Positions 1 through 9,230 of a stretch of 64,000 nt of DNA are shown piece after piece; positions within the stretch are counted from its first letter, which is position 1; the number at the start of each line of letters is the position of its first letter. A program made the position numbers and the translations under genes. The DNA comes from Caecitellus pseudoparvulus. Lineage: Eukaryota > Protista > Bigyra: Bicosoecida. Under the pieces are notes generated by a model. It did not search any database and had not been told where the DNA came from. It saw only the letters and a list, made by a program, of their open reading frames with translations. Location of the stretch: positions 1,240,001 to 1,304,000 of the forward strand of contig CBFFRQ010000018.1 in NCBI GenBank assembly GCA_965644315.1, written 5' to 3'.

Positions 1-1655
1 ACAGCTCTGACAGCACAGACAGCTCGCAAGACCTGGACCACGGCAGTGACCGCACAGACACTGAAGCAGAGCCGGGCGAGGAGGCCCTGCAGGACCTGGT
101 GGCGGACATGGACGCCTTCGACGCAGCGCACCAGGGGCTGGCGCTGGAGGGCGCTGACGAGGATGGTGACGACTTGATCGACTACTCCAAGCCTGTGCCG
201 CAGGCAGGCGGCAGTGGGCAGCCCATCATGTACGAGGACTTCTTCGGCCCCCGGCCGTCGGGGGGGCGCGCCGCGTCTGCCGCTGCTGCGGGCGACTTCG
301 GGTCGGACTCCGAGGGGGATGATGACTCTGACGGCAACGCAGGCATTGCTGCGTTGGGCGGCGCGGACAGCGAGGAGGAGGACGCCATTGTGAACCACCT
401 GCACGAGGAAGGGCGGGCTGGCGACGAGGAGGGGGAGGCCAGTGACAGCGGCTCGGAGTTCGACGTGGACGATGGCGGGGCGGTGGGCACCCGCGCCGGC
501 TTGCACTTCCCCGTGCGCTCTGAGCGCCCCGCAGAGACGCCAGAGGTGCTGTCGACCTTCCAGAAACGCCAGGCTGCCCTGGCGCGGGAGGTGGCGGAGC
601 TGGAGGAGGCGGCAGTGGCGTCCAAGACGTGGGAGCTGCAGGGTGAGGTGGGCGGGAAAACGCGCCCCGTGAACAGCCTCCTGCACGCGACGCTGGACAC
701 AGAGGCGCGGCGGAAGCTGGCGCCGGTGGTCACGCCAGCCTCCACGAATGCCCTGGAGGAGCTCATCAAGCAGCGCATTCGCGACGAGGCGTGGGACGAC
801 GTGGAGCGCCGCGTGCTGGACTCTGAGGCTGCGGCACTGCAGGCGAAGAAAGACCTGCCTGACGTGTCCACGAGCGGGGACAGGGCCGGCCTGGGTGAAG
901 TGTATGCGAAGGAGTACGAGAAGCGCGTGATGGGCGTGGCGGAGGAGAGCGAGGAGAGCAAGGTGGAGGTGGAGGTGGCGGGGCTGTGGGCTGCGTTGTC
1001 GCGGAATTTGGACGCGCTGACCAACTTTCATTTCACGCCCATGCCCGCCGTGCCCGAAGCCGGCATCGCCGTCAAGCCCGGCGTGGCAGCTGTTGCCATG
1101 GAGGAGGCGCTGCCTGGCGCCGTGGCAGCTGACGCGGCCCAGGCGCCGGAGGAAGTGCACGCACCTGCGCGCGGCCACGGCAACGCGGCGGCGGAATTGA
1201 CCTCTGCGCAGCGCAAAGCCCACCGCCGCGCCGCCAAGGTGGCAGGGCGCAAGCGCCGCCGCGAGGCTGCAGCACAGGACGCCCTGCGTGCCGCCGCCGA
1301 CCCCAAGCGCGCCAAGGCCTCTGCCGACGCTCGCATGCGGGAAGACCTGGCGCGGAACAAGGCAGTGTCCCTGGCCGCTGGACGGGGCCCTGCTGCTGCC
1401 GCCGCCGCTGGTGCTGCTGGGAGGGGGCAGCTGGCTGACGTGGCGACGTCAGGTCACATCAAGTCTGGCGCCCTCTTCAGCGCCCTGCAGGCAGAGGCCC
1501 AGAGCAAGATCGCACGTGCAGCTGGCACGGCCGGCCGTGGCGCTGGTGCGGCGCCAGCTGGCAGCGCCGACGGTGCCGAGCTGCGGCGTAGCAAGAAGAA
1601 GCGCGGCAAGGGCGGCAGGGGTGCTGCCTCCAAAGCCGCTGGCCTGCGCCTGTGA
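1..1655 (+). CDS. MPP10: U3 snoRNP / SSU processome protein Mpp10 (5'-partial)
   Basis: The frame is open from position 3 to TGA 1655, so the true start lies outside the window. Mpp10 motifs are present: acidic N-terminal part with YEDFF, STFQKRQ..LE....KTWELQGEV....RPVNSLL, LEELIKQRIRDEAWDDVER, LGEVYAKEY, LDALTNFHFTP, AMEEALP..APEE, and a basic C-tail. Confidence 0.93.
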   Translation, partial: SSDSTDSSQDLDHGSDRTDTEAEPGEEALQDLVADMDAFDAAHQGLALEGADEDGDDLIDYSKPVPQAGGSGQPIMYEDFFGPRPSGGRAASAAAAGDFGSDSEGDDDSDGNAGIAALGGADSEEEDAIVNHLHEEGRAGDEEGEASDSGSEFDVDDGGAVGTRAGLHFPVRSERPAETPEVLSTFQKRQAALAREVAELEEAAVASKTWELQGEVGGKTRPVNSLLHATLDTEARRKLAPVVTPASTNALEELIKQRIRDEAWDDVERRVLDSEAAALQAKKDLPDVSTSGDRAGLGEVYAKEYEKRVMGVAEESEESKVEVEVAGLWAALSRNLDALTNFHFTPMPAVPEAGIAVKPGVAAVAMEEALPGAVAADAAQAPEEVHAPARGHGNAAAELTSAQRKAHRRAAKVAGRKRRREAAAQDALRAAADPKRAKASADARMREDLARNKAVSLAAGRGPAAAAAAGAAGRGQLADVATSGHIKSGALFSALQAEAQSKIARAAGTAGRGAGAAPAGSADGAELRRSKKKRGKGGRGAASKAAGLRL

Positions 1656-1678
1656 ATGCACAGACCCCTCCCCCCCCC

Positions 1679-2299
1679 TCACAGGGCCTGCATGTGCTCG
1701 GTGAGGAAGGTGAGGCCCTCCTCCAGGCCCTCCCCTGACGTGGCAGACATGCCCTGCACCGCCCAGGTGCGCTCCCCGAGCAGCGCCGGCAGACCCAGCT
1801 CCGCCTGCACCTCCTCTACCGCCGCCGCCGCGCCCGCGTCTGACTTGTTGGCCACCACGAGGCACGGCACGCCTTTCAGGTCCGGGGACTCTAGCACGGA
1901 AGCCAGCTCTGCTGCGGCGGCGGGGAAGCGCTCCCGGTCGGTGCTGTCCACGACGAAGATCAGGCCTTGGGTGCCGGCGAGGTGGTGGGACCAGTGCGGG
2001 CGCAGGGCTTCCTGGCCGCCCACGTCCCACACGTGCAGGGTGTAGTGCAGGAAATTGGTCGTGTCCACGTTCACAGACACTGTCGGCTCTGTCTGCACGG
2101 TCTCGCCCTTGGTCATGCGGTACAAGAGGCTGCGCAGGGAGGGGAGGGTGGCGCGTGGCGTTTCCAGTGCGAAACGCCACGCAAATCAGACAGCGCTCAC
2201 TCACGTCGTCTTCCCAGCGCCGTCCAGGCCCAGCAGCAGCACCCTGCGCTCATTGCGCTTGGTCATGGCCCGCAGGCCGCGTGACCAGCCGCTGCCCAT
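1679..2299 (-). CDS. Arf/Arl-family small GTPase, 181 aa; exons 2299-2205 and 2129-1679
   Basis: ATG at 2299 gives MGSGWS (MGxxxS myristoylation motif) ...LLLGLDGAGKT|TLLY after removing intron 2204-2130 (GTGAGT...GCGCAG, 75 nt). G-boxes GLDGAGKT, WDVGGQ, NKSD and SA are present. The spliced length of 546 nt gives 181 aa, the typical Arf size. Confidence 0.92.
2130..2204 (-). other. spliceosomal intron in Arf-family gene (75 nt)
   Basis: GTGAGT donor, pyrimidine tract and GCGCAG acceptor. Removal restores the P-loop GAGKTT in frame. Confidence 0.9.
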
Positions 2300-2402
2300 G
2301 CTGCACGCTGTGAAGCCGCCACACCACAACCCAGGCATCGCCAAGCAGCACAAGTGCCGGGAGTGTTGAATTGTGCTGGGCTCCTGTCACTGCCCCCGCC
2401 CG

Positions 2403-4424
2403 TCACAGCTTGCCCTCCGCAAAGAGAGCCCCTTGACACGAGCCCTGCGTGTCTGACGGCAGCTGGCCCTCGTAGAAAGCTCCGAAATTGGCTTGCAGCA
2501 GGGGCCAGGCGGCGTCTGCGTCAGCGCGCAGCGTCTGCAACGCAGCAGGGTCTGGGCGCATGGGCGTCAGGCGCACAGCGCGCTCCGTGACCACTGCGGC
2601 GGCCCGCAGTGTGGCGGCAGTGGCGTGCAAGTGCAGGGTGCCGGCGGACCACGGCGTGGACAGCTCCTCGCCTTGCCAAGTGTAGGTGCCGCAGAAGGCT
2701 GCGATTTCCGCACCCAGCGCCGCCGGCGCCTCCACGACGCAGCCATGGGAGACGCCAGAGCACCACAGGCCCCTGCCCCTGCGCACATCCCGCATGATGA
2801 GCGCATCCCCCAGCGGGTGCCCTGGCCTGAAGTACGGCATGTGCAAGTTGTCGTACTCCGGCACGATCATGAGCGTTTCATGGCTCAACCCGCCGCCCCG
2901 CGCTGCGAGGTACTTGCCCAGGAACTGCGTCAGCATGAGGCACAGCACAGAGGGGCTCTGCGCCACACTGCGCACGAGTCCCGTGGTGGCCGCCGCCACC
3001 CACTGCGGCATGCCGCTGTCGCCCAGGCGTGCCAGGGAGAAGGCCCGGCTGGCCAGGGCGGCGACGGGGAAGAAATTGCGGTAGCGGTGCGCCCCCGCCG
3101 GCGCGATGGAGACGACCTTGCGCACGGCGTCTGGGCAGGTCGCCGCGACGCCCTCCACGATGTACCCCCCGTAGGAGTGCCCCACCAAGTCCACGCCCCT
3201 GCCGCCGTAGGCCTGCGCCAGCTGGCGGCACAGGGCGCCGATGATAGTGATTTTGTCGTCCCAGGAGGAGGGTGGGCCGCCGCCCGCCGCGCGGTGGCTG
3301 CTGCTGAAGCCGTACTCGAAGTCGGGCAGGTCGGGGCACAGGACACGGCGGCCGGTGGCGGCGCTGACCACGGCGGCCAGGGGCGCCATGCATAAGCCTG
3401 TGGTGAGGATGCCGTGCACCAGCACGATGGGCGGTGCGCCGCGGGTGCAGGCGGGGTGTGAGTCGTACGCGTGCAGGCGGGCTGGCAGGGCGCCGCCGAC
3501 GTCCAGGAAGACGCTCGTGAAGCCAGCTGCGACAGCCGTCACTCGCCCAGCAAGGGACAGGCCTGCCAACGTGCCCTGTAACCACCCTGGTGTGGCTGCC
3601 ATGCGCATGGGCCGCAGGCCGTCCGACACATACGTGTCCTCCTTCACCGTGGCAGTCTCTGTGGAGGCTGGCGTGGAGGGTGCGGAAGCAATTTCCGCAC
3701 CACGGCCACTGCTGGCCGCCACCGCCGCCGCCGCCTGACTGCGCACAGGGCCCAGCACGCCAGGCGACATGTGCCGCACAAGGGTGTGGTCGGGCACTGG
3801 CTGCACCTTGGCCTCTGCGAAGATGCCCTCTGCAATGCCCACGCAGTCCTCCCACGCCAGGGGAGACACCCAGTGGTACGCCGCCTCACCACGCCGGAAG
3901 TCACAGGCGCTGTACAGCGCACTGACGATGCGCCGGACGCCCGACGCCGCCACCTGCAGCGGCAGTTCAAATCCACGTAGCGGATCCCCCTCCTGTGCAA
4001 GGCTGGCCTTGGTATAGAACATGATATCGGCCAGGTCTTGCAGCACCAGTGCCGGGGGCAGGGTGCAGTGGTGCAGGAGAGCACGCCAGTGCGCCCGCGC
4101 CACGGCCCGCCCCACGCCCACTGGGTGGCACTGCGGCCACTGCCTGTGTCGTGCCACGGCCTGACCCGCCGTGGAATGCAGTGCCGACTTGTGATCGTGC
4201 ACGAGGGGCAGGAGGCGCCCCGCCGCCGCACTGCGCAGGCTCAGTGCCTGGCACACCGCCGCAGCCAGCAGGCCCCCGTGCAGCAGGGGTGTGGTGGGGG
4301 TGGCAGCGGTGGGCGTTGGGCGCCTGCCGCCTGCTGGCGCAGGGCTGGGTGGGGCGCAGGTTGACGGGGGTTGCTTGCTCCCCGCTGCTGCCCAGCCAGG
4401 CTGGCGTGTCGCAGGTGAGGCCAT
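2403..4424 (-). CDS. alpha/beta-fold hydrolase (esterase/lipase-like), ~673 aa; start uncertain
   Basis: Oxyanion motif VLVHG, PDLP, nucleophile elbow LVGHSYGG, candidate acid (EYD) and His (GVSHG). The first in-frame ATG in good context (ggcATGG) is at 4424. The ORF extension to 4739 starts at TTG and looks non-coding. Confidence 0.75.
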   Translation of the reverse strand: MASPATRQPGWAAAGSKQPPSTCAPPSPAPAGGRRPTPTAATPTTPLLHGGLLAAAVCQALSLRSAAAGRLLPLVHDHKSALHSTAGQAVARHRQWPQCHPVGVGRAVARAHWRALLHHCTLPPALVLQDLADIMFYTKASLAQEGDPLRGFELPLQVAASGVRRIVSALYSACDFRRGEAAYHWVSPLAWEDCVGIAEGIFAEAKVQPVPDHTLVRHMSPGVLGPVRSQAAAAVAASSGRGAEIASAPSTPASTETATVKEDTYVSDGLRPMRMAATPGWLQGTLAGLSLAGRVTAVAAGFTSVFLDVGGALPARLHAYDSHPACTRGAPPIVLVHGILTTGLCMAPLAAVVSAATGRRVLCPDLPDFEYGFSSSHRAAGGGPPSSWDDKITIIGALCRQLAQAYGGRGVDLVGHSYGGYIVEGVAATCPDAVRKVVSIAPAGAHRYRNFFPVAALASRAFSLARLGDSGMPQWVAAATTGLVRSVAQSPSVLCLMLTQFLGKYLAARGGGLSHETLMIVPEYDNLHMPYFRPGHPLGDALIMRDVRRGRGLWCSGVSHGCVVEAPAALGAEIAAFCGTYTWQGEELSTPWSAGTLHLHATAATLRAAAVVTERAVRLTPMRPDPAALQTLRADADAAWPLLQANFGAFYEGQLPSDTQGSCQGALFAEGKL

Positions 4425-4909
4425 GCCCCCCTGTACCGTGGAGCTGATGGGGAGGGTGTGGGTAGCGAGGTAGTTGGCTGGCGTGCGTGTGGGTGGGTTT
4501 GGAATGTGGCGTGAAGCGTGCGGTGTCGCCAGGCCTCGCTCGCAGCTGGCGCCCAGCAGGGGGGCGTGATACACTGAGTGTGGCAAGGGGGAGAGTGTCT
4601 GGGTGCGCCTGCAGTGCAAGAAGCGGCACACTTGTCCGGGCTCGCACGTGTGCCAGCCGTCGCAGTCCGAGTCGCCACGGCCGTCTCCCACCACTGTCGC
4701 GACTGGAGCGGCGCAGCAGCACAAACACCACTTGCCCAAACCTCAAACACGAATCAAGGCATGCAAGGCTGTGCGAAATCTACTGCCCTCCCGCAGCAGG
4801 CCGAGCTTCTTGCACAGTGCTGGCGCACGTGCTGTGCGGAGCACGCCTTGTTGGCACAGCGACTGCGCCGCGCAAGTTCCGCTGACAAGGCGCCCCGCCT
4901 CGCGAAGCC

Positions 4910-6541
4910 ATGGCGGCGCAGCCTCCCTCCTTGACACAGCAAGGGGGGTCTGCCGCCTCCGCTGCACCTGCAGGGGGTGTGTGGGCAGCCTCCAGGGCGT
5001 CGGCTGCGGCAGCTGCGCACAGACTGCCCTCGCAGCCTCCGAGCTTTGCTCAAGCCAGCACTTCCTCCGCCACCTCTGCCAGCGGGTCGCAAGTGTACTC
5101 GCTGAAGAACAACGAGACAGGTGAGCAGAGCCACCCACCTGCTTCTGTCTGTGCGCCTGGACGCCCACTTGCTCCGGCGCCCCTTGTGGCGCAGGCACGT
5201 CGTATGAACTCGTCAAGACGCTGCGGGACTGCTTGATGGGCAAGGTGAAGGCGGCCAAGGTGTGGTTGCCGGGTGCCGACGGGGTACTGCGGGACACAGG
5301 CAAGGTGGTGGCCATCAAGATCCTGCTCAAGTCCTGCATCCAGTCGGGCACGACCATGGACTGCCGGCCCGTGCAAGAGGACCCCATGCAGGAGATGGCT
5401 GCGTTGCGGTATTTGCAAGGGCACCCCCACGTGCTGGAGCTGCTGGACCTCATGGAGGACGACGAGCACGTGTTTGAAGTGATGGAGTTCGCAGGCGGTG
5501 CGTGCTGCTGCCTCGCCCCCTGCCTCCTGCCGCAGCCTGCGCACTGCTGGCCCACCTCGCCCCTCCGCAGGCGGCGACATGTTTTCACGCGTCGCAGAAG
5601 CGCCAGGAGGGCACTTGAGCGAGGCCGAGGCGCAGCGGTACTTCTACCAGCTCATCACAGGCCTGCACTTCATGCACAGCAAGGGCGTCGTGCACCGCGA
5701 CCTGTCCCTGGAAAACGCCCTGCTAGCCGGCGACGACGTGCTCAAAATCATCGACATGGGGCTGGCCACGGAGCTGCCAGTGCCGGACCACTCGCCCATT
5801 CCGCGCCAGCGCGTGGGCAAGACGGGCTACATGTCCCCTGAGGTGTACGACCGCTCCGAGGTGCAGGACGGCCGCCTCGTGGACACCTGGTGCACCGGCA
5901 TCATGCTGTTCATCATGCTCTTCGGCGTGCCGCCCTACCGGGTGCCCTGCGCGCGCTCCTGCCGCCTGTTCGGGTTCCTGCAGAAGGGCCGCCTGCTGGA
6001 CCTCGTCAAGCACTGGGGCAAGGACGGCAACGCCAGCGTGGAGGCGAAGGACCTCGTCAGCCGCCTGCTGCACCCGCAGGCCGCCCAGCGCCTGGCCTGT
6101 GAGGACATCCTGGCACACCCCTGGCTGGCGACGTACCACGCACAGCACAAGGCGGCGGTGTTCGCCGACCCCGACTACGACGCCGTCATCCAGCGCCTGC
6201 GCCAGGCCACCATCCTGGGCCAGCGGGCGGCGGCGGAGGCTACAGCCAGCCCTGCCCACAGCCCCGCCAGCGGTGTCCTGCTGCCCATGGAGGTGCCGCC
6301 CACTGCGTCCGCCACTGCCGCTGCCGCAGCCGGGACTGCCACGGCTGGGCTTGCGGCAGTTGCGAGTGGCACCGGTGTCGGCGGGCTGCACACTGCCGCG
6401 GCGCCGGGGGCAGTGGCGGCCACTGGGCCGGCGCCCCCCACGGGCCTGGCACCCATCTCCATCCCCGTCGCAGAACCCCACACCAGCGGCGTCGTCAACT
6501 CAGAAGGCGAGGGGGAGGAGGACGACGTCAGCTTTGCGTAG
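4910..6541 (+). CDS. CAMK-group Ser/Thr protein kinase, 494 aa; exons 4910-5120, 5195-5497, 5571-6541
   Basis: Introns 5121-5194 (GTGAGC...GCGCAG) and 5498-5570 (GTGCGT...CCGCAG) join three ORFs in frame (1485 nt). Motifs: VAIK, EDPMQE (alphaC), MEFAGGGDMF, HRDLSLEN, IIDMG, GKTGYMSPE, DTWCTG, HPW. Confidence 0.9.
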
Positions 6542-6863
6542 TGTGGTGCCCTCTGTAGGGCAGGGCAGGGCGCGCCCACCAGGCGCGAAGGTGCCTGGGT
6601 CAGTCTGGGCGGTGAAGTGGCGGTGAGCGTGTGGATTTTTGGGGTGTATGTCCGCGCAATGCAACAAGTTGGCACTGAAGTTCGGCCATGTCTTGCAGGA
6701 CTGGACGATTAGGACTTGCTCTAGTGGGCTCGCAGTCAGCGAAAAACAACAGAAGGACCTTGACAAGACAAGATGCCCCCAAAAATGAATGCAATGACCC
6801 AAGTGACGCGGCGAGGGGAAAGGTGAAAGGGGCGACCAGGGAATCACCGCCAGAACCCTGCGC

Positions 6864-9207
6864 ATGGCGGTGTCCAGCGCCAAGAACCACGTGGTGGTCG
6901 TGGTGGACTTGTCGGATGCAGCTGGGCCACCAGCAGCAGAGCATGTGGCCCGCGTGTGCGAAGTGGCACAGACGGTGGTCAAGTACAAGGCGCTTTTTCA
7001 CCCCAAGAACGAAGTCGCTGTCGTGCTTGTGGGGTGCTCAGGTGAGGCACCTGCGGCGCAAGGGGCGGAGTCAGGTTGGCGTGGTGGACTGCATTTTCCG
7101 CATGGTGTGCCGCAGAGACGGCCCACGTGCTGGCCTCCAGTGCTGGATATGAGCACATCGTGACCCACCGCGCCGTGCAAACCATTGACGGAGACGCTGT
7201 GGCTGCTCTCGCCCCGGGCAGCTTGGGCCACCTGTGTGGGCAGGGGGACGTCTTGGCTGGCATCGTCGTGGGCATGATGGAGCTGGAGGCTGCCCAGCCA
7301 GCCTCTGGCCGCAAGCCGCCCAAGGAGCTCATCGTCCTGTCCCACGGCATCGGGCGTGTGGAAGGCGTGGAGCAGATCCCCAGCATCGCCACGCAGCTGG
7401 AGAAGATGAAGGTGGCCGTGACACTGCTGTGCGTGCCCCCGCCAAGCTCACCACACGCCAGGCCGGCGTCCCTGCACTGCATTGCCACCCTTCGCTCCCC
7501 CGCAGAGGCATTGCCCTCCAGCCCGACGCAGCACAAGGCACAGGCCAGGCCGCCCTGGCCGCCCTGGCCGCCTCCACGCTGCGCCCCGCCCTGCTGCGCG
7601 TTGCCGACGCCCTGGCGACGTGGACCGCCCTGACCTGTCGCCGAGGCACGGCGCGACGGGTGTTCTCAGGCGCCCTGCAGCTGGGGCCGCTGGGCATCCC
7701 AGTGCATGCGTACACGCACGTCAAGGCCACGAGTTTCCCGCCCATGAGCCGCCGGAGTCGGCTGGGCAGCGCGACGCGGCAGGTGGACCGTCTGGTGGAG
7801 TACCGTCAGCGCACGGAAGGGGGGGAGGAGGTGGTGCCGGAGGAGGAGCTGCTGCGTGCGTACGCGTACGGCAAGGACCTCCTGACGGTGGACGACGCAC
7901 AGGCAGAGGAGTTCAAGCTGGCCAGCCAGCGGGAGCTGGTCTTCCTCGCCTTCCTGCCGCGGAGTCAGCTGAGCAGGCACTGGGTGGTGGCGGGGGCTGA
8001 GATGCTGCTGCCTGACCCTGCCAGCACCCCTGCCGCCTCTGCTCTGGGCTCCCTGGCAGAGGCTCTGCACAGGCAGGAGTCAGTGGCGCTGTGCCGCTAC
8101 GTTGCACGGAAGAACGCGGCACCAGCCTTGGTGGCCCTGGTGCCAGGCGCGCCACCCCCCCTCCAAGCCCACGGCACCCCCCCTCCACCCCCGACAGCTG
8201 CGCCGCCCACGCTGTACCTGGTGCCTCTGCCTTTTGCGGAGGACATGCGGGACTTCCACTTCCCTCCCCTGCCCAGCTTGCCGCATCAGCCCAGCCAGGC
8301 GCAGCAGGCGGCAGCTGACGACCTCGTCCGCAGCCTCAGCCTGGACACCGCCGCAGCGGGGCCCGCCGCCACGCCCACGACAGCCCTGCCCAACCCTGCC
8401 CTGCTGCGTCTCGCAGACACGCTCGTCGCGAAGCACAGCGGCGCAGGCATCGACGTCGTGCCGGTGCCGCCGCAGCTGGCCCAGGAGTTGGAGCCACCGC
8501 CCCCCCTCCTGGCAGCTGCCAGCAAGCCCCTGGAAGCCTTCGCAGAGGCGTTCCCCATGCAGCACATCGGCCCGTCTAAGCGCCAGCGCGTGGAGTTCCG
8601 CACCGCCGATGCCGGCGACTTTGATGAGGCTGGTGGTGGAGCTGGTGCTGGCGCCGTCGCGGCGGGCTCTTCGGGGGGCGGTCAACTGAGCAGGGGGCAG
8701 GGCGGCGACACGCTTGCCGCGCTGGCGGGGCAGAGCGTCACCTCCATCGGGCGCCTGCAGCCCGAGGAGAACCTGAGCGCCATGTTGCAGGCGGGCCACG
8801 ACCCCGCCACGTGCCTGGCGCAGTTCATGGGCGTGGTGGAGGAGGTGGGGGCGGCGTCCGCTGGCGTGCCCAAGGCGGCACAGGCGCTGGTGTTCGTGCG
8901 CCCCATCTCAGTGCAGCACGGCGTGCCGGGCCCCTTCAATGCCCTGCTGTCCCGCCTACGGGACCAGGTGCAGAGCGGGGCGCCGCCGCCAGCCACGGCG
9001 GCGTTGTGGGGCCGCCTGCGCTCCGCGGGGGTGACGCCCATCTCACGCCTGGAGCTGCCGCAGCACGCGCAGAGCATGCCGGCACAGGAGGCAGCTGCAT
9101 TTTTCCACTCTGTGGAGCCCACGCCGTCCATGCCAGCCACCGAGGCGTCCTCTGCGCCGGGCAGCCTGCCACAGGAGGAAGACGATGACCTCGACGACTT
9201 GGCCTGA
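6864..9207 (+). CDS. KU80: Ku80 (NHEJ DNA end-binding subunit), 730 aa; exons 6864-7041, 7116-7428, 7506-9207
   Basis: Introns 7042-7115 (GTGAGG...CCGCAG) and 7429-7505 (GTGCGT...CCGCAG) give 2193 nt in frame. The vWA N-terminus has VVVVDLS, EVAVVLVG-SETAH..GYEHI and GDVLAGIVVG. The beta-barrel has RAYAYGKD, ALCRYV, LPFAEDMRDFHFPPL and PNP. A helical C-terminal domain is followed by the acidic terminus EEDDDLDDLA, like the Ku80 end. Confidence 0.88.
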
Positions 9208-9230
9208 GGGCGAGGCGGGGTCCGCCCTCC

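Noticed and set aside
182-1024. 280-aa minus-strand ORF over MPP10, and other overlapping ORFs throughout the window
   Set aside because: Stop-codon scarcity at high GC explains them, and they have no recognisable domains.
4425-4739. Cys-rich N-terminal extension of the hydrolase ORF
   Set aside because: It starts at TTG, reads like random translation and lies in the divergent promoter gap before the kinase.
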